Below are positions 56,621 to 64,000 of a stretch of DNA of 64,000 nucleotides, piece by piece. Both the position numbers and the translations under genes were made by a program. The stretch's first letter is position 1; each line of letters starts with the position of its first letter. Where the stretch lies: assembly GCA_012295275.1 (NCBI GenBank), contig CM022666.1, forward strand, positions 11,036,001 to 11,100,000. Reading direction: 5' to 3'. Under the pieces are notes generated by a model. That model was given only the letters and a program-made list of their open reading frames with translations, made no database searches and had not been told where the DNA came from. Source of the stretch: Chrysomallon squamiferum (Eukaryota > Animalia > Mollusca).

Positions 56621-57548
56621 ATTATTAAAACACAACAGCTACAAGTTAACTAAATTCAACACAAAGTATATTTAATTTACATGGAGAATACTGATGGAAA
56701 TCCCTAATGAAGCTGTACAAGTATGACAATTATGCATAAGGTGACTATATACAGTATATGTACAACACTATGTACAAATTAATCACATACAGCAGATACT
56801 AGCTGTTTTATTTACCCTCTCAGTCCTACTGTTGGTGCTGTTTGCAGCACACACCTGGAAATACATTATTCTTTCATGTGAAAGGAAAGCAAAACATTTT
56901 AAGTATATTCATCAGTTAGTAAAAAGAAAAAAATATAATAATAATAAAATAATGTATGTATTTAAAATGTTTTAAAATTTCATAAAAATGAAAATTTAAA
57001 TTTCTTTTAAGTAATTTAAATCAGAACTGATATTATATTTGCACTATCCCAAAACCTGGAAAGTTTAATTATTATTAACAACTAATTTGATATACACTGT
57101 AAAATATAAAAATATCTCATTCAATCTTGTTATTTCATTTTTTTTAAATTTAATTTAAATCCTTTCACATAGCTAATATAGCTTATTACTTCCTTATATG
57201 TTATTTAAATAAGTGTAAACTATAACAAATATAATTTAATATATATTCTTTCCTTCAGAAATAAACCGAAAATAATGCCACCCAGTCAGTGTAAATGTAT
57301 CATGTAGTATATGCTGAGAACACGACTTATTAATATTTTTAAAAACAGATTTAATATTTGTCTCACTACATTTACATTAATATTTATGTAGCTGGTTAAT
57401 AATATATAGTTAGTAAACAATTTCTGTGAAAACCTGTTTCAGATATTTTTATGTTAATGTACACAGAAGAAAAAAAAATTATATAGAAAATTTTTTTATT
57501 AACAAAGGCAGTTTTTAATTATACACAAATATACATACTTTCTACATA

Positions 57549-57551
<3 letters not shown>

Positions 57552-57631
<80 letters not shown>
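57552..57631. repeat. (AT)n microsatellite, ~80 bp
   Basis: Direct inspection. Confidence 0.95.
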
Positions 57632-57641
<10 letters not shown>

Positions 57642-57922
57642 ATACACATACATATACATATATATACATTTTATGTACAAGCTTATGTACACTAATACAA
57701 TATATACTGCTAATTATTATTTATAAATGTATCTGCAATTGAGCACCACAAAACGATCAAACTTCTGTGATTGGTCGATGGTTTATTAAAAAAAAAAAAA
57801 TTTAAAAATTTAAAATTAAAATTACCGACTAGACATAAATCTCTGATCATTTGTTCTTTCTGCACCACACAAAGTCAAAATATTAATCAATAAATTAAAA
57901 AACAAAAACAAGAACAAAGCAA

Positions 57923-57959
<37 letters not shown>

Positions 57960-58887
57960 GACAATAATTTTAAAAATTAATTAATTTATTATCTTTAAAA
58001 AAAAAAAATTAAATAAAAATAAGAATAAATTGAAATACTGTTTGGAACTGTTATTGTGGCTACCATAGTAACCAGATTATTTTTATAAGAAACTGAAAAT
58101 TACATTTTAAAACCAAGTATCTAACACAGTGGTGAGAGTGCAAGCAATACTGCCATTAATGCTAATCCAACATGATTGGTCTAGATATTGCCATGGTAAC
58201 AGGACAGGGGAAGACAAAAGCTGGTGATTTTTAAAAAAATTAAATTAATATCATTTAAAAAATATTAATATTAGCTAAGCACACACAGTATGCTGCAGAT
58301 GTAGTAATTCTTATCCAGTGAATGATGGCAAATATTAAATAGGTCAAGATTAAATATTAAAATTCACACAGAAGTGGGAAGGAGTGAAAAATAATATAGA
58401 TTTACAGTTTGAAAAAGCAAACTTGGAACATTCAGGGAACTGTATCATACTGAAATCAGTTTGCATATTTCCATCACACAAATGACCTTGACACTTTAAG
58501 TCATGTGACCTGATTTGACCACCAACCTTGTTAGGCTCTGAAAAAAAATGTTAAGTCACTGAAAGGTTTTCTTTCTTCTTTTTTGAACTTTTGGCCAAAC
58601 AGGATGTTATTAAGATCTTCAGCAACAAGAGTTCTTTTTTGTCTTGGTATTAATGTCATCAATCACCTAATGAAGGGAACAGCAAATCCAGTCTCTTTCA
58701 AACAAAACAACAAAAAAATGTACCCAGTATCAATAAAAATAATAAAATTGAAAACAATTTCGGATCCCAGAATTTTCCAAGGACATGTCATGTTCCTGCC
58801 TGTGTTTTCACACGTGCCTGGACCAAGCAGTTGGCGCTTGGGAGGCGGGATTAGCGCTGAATGAAACCTATCATTTCATTGGTTGTA

Positions 58888-59082
58888 TTAAGAGGTTGAG
58901 GGAGGGGGAAGCTGAGAGCGAGGCTGTGACAGTTTGGCGAGGGTTTCTGGAGTGGCAGCTGCACGGAGCACTCCATTCTCATACTCCAGCTGACTTATCC
59001 TCTCCATCAGCTCCTTAATCTGCTCCTTAAGGACCTCCACCTCCTCCCTAACTGCAAACATTAGATGGCTCTTGACAAGATC
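58888..59082 (-). CDS. TSC22D: TSC22 domain family protein (bunched/TSC22D/GILZ), terminal coding exon
   Basis: TTTCAG acceptor, phase 0; [51 protein letters not shown]...PPPSTS*. This is the second half of the TSC box plus the leucine zipper. Confidence 0.97.
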   Translation of the reverse strand, partial: DLVKSHLMFAVREEVEVLKEQIKELMERISQLEYENGVLRAAATPETLAKLSQPRSQLPPPSTS

Positions 59083-59352
59083 CTGAAAGATCAAATAAAC
59101 AAAATAAAAATTGCACTAAACTTTTCAATAATAAATTTATAAAGAATTAAATTGTCAAGATGACAATCTGTTTTTGATATTTTCAAATCAGTTTTTGTTG
59201 TTTTAGGACACAACATTTTCTCAATAATTATATATAAAAGTAATGTATTAAGCCTGTGAGAATGAAAGAAAAAGGGAATCTTTTACTGGATATATAAAAT
59301 GTAAAAAAATAAGAACTGATAATAAATAAATAAATACAAAAATAAATAAATA

Positions 59353-59383
<31 letters not shown>

Positions 59384-62300
59384 GATTTGCCAAATTTCTA
59401 GACACCAAAATTATTATTAATAATTTTATCCACAGAAGAAAAGTTTGAAGCAAAAAGGAATATGTCAGAATAACATTTAATATCCACACCCACAAACCCT
59501 CCCACACACAAATGCAGACACAAATATATATACACAATACAGAGTGTGAAAAGAGACTTGCAGAAATGAAGAAACACAGATTAAGAGATCTTAAAGATAT
59601 TTTAGCACTTGATACCAACAATATTAATCAAAGTAGTGTGATCAGACTACAGGAAAACAGCACTCTACAACATGGCTTTCAATTACAGGACACGAATGAT
59701 TCATTATTTAACAACCTGCCTATCACCACACCTTACTCAGGTTGATTTCCTTGACACCCACTCACATGTGATCAAATATTCACATCTTTAGGGTGATCAA
59801 AGTGAATTCATTAACAATCACGATATTGTTTAGTGATACAAAACACTCAACTTTTATTTTTAGTTTGAATTCATAAATAATTATGGTTGTTGCTGATGAC
59901 ACAATAGATTAAGTTTCATTTTTCGCTGTTTGAATTTATAAGTAAGTAATGATATTGTTGAGACATAATTGGATTCTGTCATTTGACATGTTAACCCACC
60001 ACCCTGTGTTCCTGAGTACATTTTTAATTTTCTACAGCAATTTGATATCCTTCATTACACTGAAAAACAACACCACCCAATCTTTTAAGTATCAGAGTTT
60101 TAATAACAGAAACATACCTGAAGGAAACTGGACAGGATAAAATAATTTACTGATTTAGAAACCCGAGGTAGCATAATTTATTTGAATGTTGTACCAAAGC
60201 TAAATGAGATAGAACATGACTGAACTATCTTAAAAACATCAGACCAAAATAACTGTAAAAAACAAAACAAAAAACTCCCAAAATTAACAACCATCAACAA
60301 TAAAAAAAACCTCAACAAAACCCATATATATTTTGGAATAAAATTTTAAATTTTTGATTAATACACCATAGTGAAACACTTTTGTACAGTAGGATTCCCC
60401 AAAATAACAAAATATTGTACATTAAAATGATGTATTTTATTAAAAATGGCACATACTAAATAATGTAAATCAGAGTTTTTTCACTTGTACAAAAGACAAA
60501 AACATGTTATTACTGTACTGTTATGAAATACTTCCTATTTACAAACAAGACACACTGTATGCAATATCTCTTTGGTGTACTATTACAAGATAATATAAGG
60601 AAAGAGCACTTGTGAACATTTATATTGAGCATCCAATACACTTATTACAAACTTCTTCAGCTCAAGACATACACTTTGAAGTAATTTTCTTTTTTACAGT
60701 CTTTCTCAACATATGCATTTTGTAAGGAATTTTATTTTATTACAGTTTTCCTCAACACATATACACTTTGAAGTAATTTTAATTTCCTAACTTCCAATTC
60801 AAGTGTAACTGACATGAGTGTGACATGCGGTTTGAAGGGATTTAAATATTTGAAAAGATTTAAGTTACACTGTTTTAGTAGTGCAGTACAAAGTACAATG
60901 TGTGTATCTTTGAGACTGAGAAAGTGTAATAGAAAAATGGTTTTATGCTCTCTCTTTCTGCTGTCTAATTTAGGAATACTTCATGTTTATCATCAAAAAT
61001 ACTCCTTTCAACAGAACATCAGTGCCTGTCTCTCTTTTATATCTAAATAATATTTGTCTCCTTATAGTGTGAATGCTTGAAAGATTTTATAATATGTACA
61101 ATATACATGTATTTTTCCACACTGCAGTATTCACCAGTAAGTAACAATGTAATTTTTATACATGCACCATATGTTGAGCTGTGCACTCAAACATGAAGTT
61201 CGTTGTTGAAATCAGCCGGGTTATTAAGAACAATGCTAATTGAGTCTGACGCCACTGTTGGGTTTTCCCACCAGCACTGCCTGCTCAGTCAGAGCTTACC
61301 ACTCTAAAAGGAAGAAGACATCAAAGGATCTGAAGGGAAGAAGGAAATCACCTCCCAACAGAAATGATTGGAGCTGTTAATGACATCACTACCACATGAC
61401 TGACCTCAAATGACCCAGCTTAAAAAACCCTTACTAGAGTTACCTTGGTAATAACAACATACATATGGCTTAAACAATATCAAGCAGTCTTAGCGACCAT
61501 TACTTAGAAACAGGATTATGGTATATATGAGATAATTGTCTCTGTGATAATGTTTGTATCTCTACCTCTAAATGAATGAATTAGAAGTAACAGTATGTTA
61601 ATCCATTTATTTGACATGAACAATTGTCTTTTTAAACAATACCTAGTTATAAAAAATGTTAATAATACTAAAAAAATTCACTTTATGTTTCAAATATTTT
61701 TTTTAATTACATATAGTGCAAAGATTTAATGAGCGCATAACTATGTGAAATAAAATTTATATAAAAATAAAAATAAAATTATAATCCCCATATTTAAAAC
61801 ATTCATATGTTAATATCATTACACTAAAAAGCAAATCTTTCTAATTTTTAAACAAATTAATACATTTAAAAAATAATAATTTTTTATAGCTAGTGCATGA
61901 AGCTATTTTTATCAGCTGTGGGGTGTTTTTCTGTTTAGTTCAATGAACTGTTGCAGACATCAGTGGATGTAAATAACTTGTTATCCATGAAACATTACAC
62001 TACTAGATTATGTCAAAAATGATGTAAAGAAAACGTGAATCGGGATAGAGTAAGGACAGGATTTATTAACTAGTACATGTACACTTGTAGGAAACAATTT
62101 TATCCGTGTTTCACTAATGATGTTATTAGCAGAATTAGCCAAATAGATGTTTTTTTAAATGGATAGATAAAGGCACTGAAAAAAGATAATTTAAAGAGAG
62201 AAAAAAAAAAATATATATATATAAAGAGAAAAAGAGAGACAGCGACAGAGAGACTTTTCAGAAACCTAAATAAACATATATATATATATGTTGAGAAAGA

Positions 62301-62502
62301 GGAAGAAAAATGGAAAGATAGTAAATCTGTAAAGATAAACATATAGTGTGAAAGACAAACTGACATACAGATATAAAGATATGAATCACATAAGACTACC
62401 ACTGTTACCTGTGTTAAAATAATAAAAATCAATATCAACTCGGTACAAACGTACCAGGTAAACAGGTTTGTATCTAGTAAAGTAAAACCATTGAGTACTT
62501 AC

Positions 62503-62619
62503 AATTATACTGAAATCAATTCCTTGGAATGAGTTAGTATTCTTGTACCTTACATCAGATGGTACACGTAAACTCTGAGCTAGCGATGAACTAACAGCTG
62601 CCGACATGGAGACACTCAT
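62503..62619 (-). CDS. TSC22D: Putative alternative first coding exon of the TSC22 gene (39 aa)
   Basis: ATG at 62619; MSVSMSAAVSSSLAQSLRVPSDVRYKNTNSFQGIDFSII; consensus donor ATT|GTAAGT at 62502 in phase 0, matching the terminal exon. TATA box ~90 bp upstream. Confidence 0.65.
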
Positions 62620-62704
62620 AATGAATTTGATAAATACAACAACAACAACAACAACAGCTGTGACAGTCTGCTCTGTAATACCCACTTCACCTATCACACT
62701 GCTG

Positions 62705-62712
62705 TATTTATA
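62705..62712 (-). promoter_or_regulatory. TATA box of an intronic TSC22 promoter
   Basis: TATAAATA on the minus strand at the 3' edge of a GC-richer block (62640-62930); predicts a TSS near 62680. Confidence 0.55.
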
Positions 62713-64000
62713 TCCTGTCAAAAGATACGGTCTACTTGACTGACATGTATGCAAAACAACTCCACCCTTTTTAACAAAAGAAACTCCTCCCCTTTTCCTT
62801 GTCAACACATTGAAAGAGAAATGACCTTTCACCATACATGGCAGAAAGAACCACCCAGTTACTGAATATGGAAGTAAGGTAACCACCCATTTACCAGTTT
62901 TGGTAAAGCAAGAACAATCAATCAAATGAGATTAAAGGAAAACTCCCTTTCTATAATTAGCCACACTGTAAACTAGTTCACAAGGATTGTGAGATCACAC
63001 GGAAATACTTGAGATGTGTGGTTATATAAATCTCATTTCCATAATTAAATCATTTATTTTTACTCAGTGATTCATAGCAAATCAAACTATTTCAGACACA
63101 TTAAGTTTCCGTCGAACGAATTTGTCATGAAGTACAAATAAATTTAAAAAATAAAATAAATCTTTATTAAAAAAAAAAGAAAATGGTTGTGAAAATAATA
63201 GTTATTTCACTTATGATAAACAACTTTTTGGTGGCTAAGCACTTGTTATTGGACAAAGTTATATATAAAACAGTGCATACATATATATATATATATTTAC
63301 ATGTGAATACTAACTGTATATAGTTGTGCATGTACATCCCCTTCCTAACTACCTACACAAATATGTACATGCATTACTCCAAAACACATGCACACACCCA
63401 CATACATACAATGCTCACAGAAAAAATGAAAAGGTTATCAAGACAAAATTCAACATATTTTTTGTAACTGCAAAGTTAATTTGTCAGTGAGGGAAGATAA
63501 ACAGGTTAACTGGTAAATAAATAAATACACAAATACACAAATACAGCACCATCTGCTGTCTAGCACAATGATGTAAATCACCTGATGACTCAGTGTAAAT
63601 TACACAATACTGGGCTTCACATATCAATAATTTCACCACAGAAAAAGATGTCAGTGTGTTTATAAATAGCTATCTTTACTGAGAGAAAGGTGTTTTAAAA
63701 TATTTACAATTTAAATTAATAGGATTAATAAACTGAATTCCGAATTAAACACATTTATATTCACTTATGTAAATGTGGAAAATATTTATAATAGTTAACA
63801 AAATTAAACAATATATTTTAAACAGTAAAAGTAACAATTTAAAATGGTTATGTTTCCTTTTAATCAATATCCTCAGTAAATTAATGGAATTAAAAGTACA
63901 AACTTTAGGTTTTTATTATGCATTTTATCTATGTTATATAAATAAACTCCATTCATTTTTTTTAAAAAGAGTTCTTTTTTACAATATTTAATTAACCATG

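Noticed and set aside
62386-62925. 179-aa ORF as a stand-alone gene
   Set aside because: It runs through a TATA box, a (GTT)n tract and a consensus donor; only 62503-62619 looks coding.

Overview
AT-rich, microsatellite-dense animal genomic DNA with spliceosomal GT-AG introns. An invertebrate, plausibly a gastropod mollusc, is my inference from composition, gene types and repeats. Most ORF-track entries are microsatellite artefacts. By hand-splicing I find four protein-coding loci: (1) the first coding exon of a jitterbug-type filamin (minus, runs off the left edge); (2) a complete 5-exon PRA1/RABAC1 gene (minus, 194 aa); (3) a complete 4-exon gene I cannot name (plus, 574 aa: signal peptide, one mucin WxxW/CysD domain, one TM helix, and a long cytoplasmic tail with two PPxY motifs, YxNPxF and a split Cys/His cluster); (4) the 3' end of a TSC22/bunched gene (minus, enters from the right edge), with an intronic TATA promoter and an alternative first exon predicting a 103-aa isoform that lacks half of the TSC box. 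Mobile DNA: a deleted Buster/Charlie-type hAT element, two TA-flanked Tc1/mariner/pogo-type MITEs and several old SINE remnants. Other leads: a tandem array of duplicated splice donors and a duplicated terminal-exon end in PRA1, a let-7-seed hairpin, and 11 perfect CRE palindromes in the 23-kb gene-free interval. All gene models and folds were done by eye and no database was searched.
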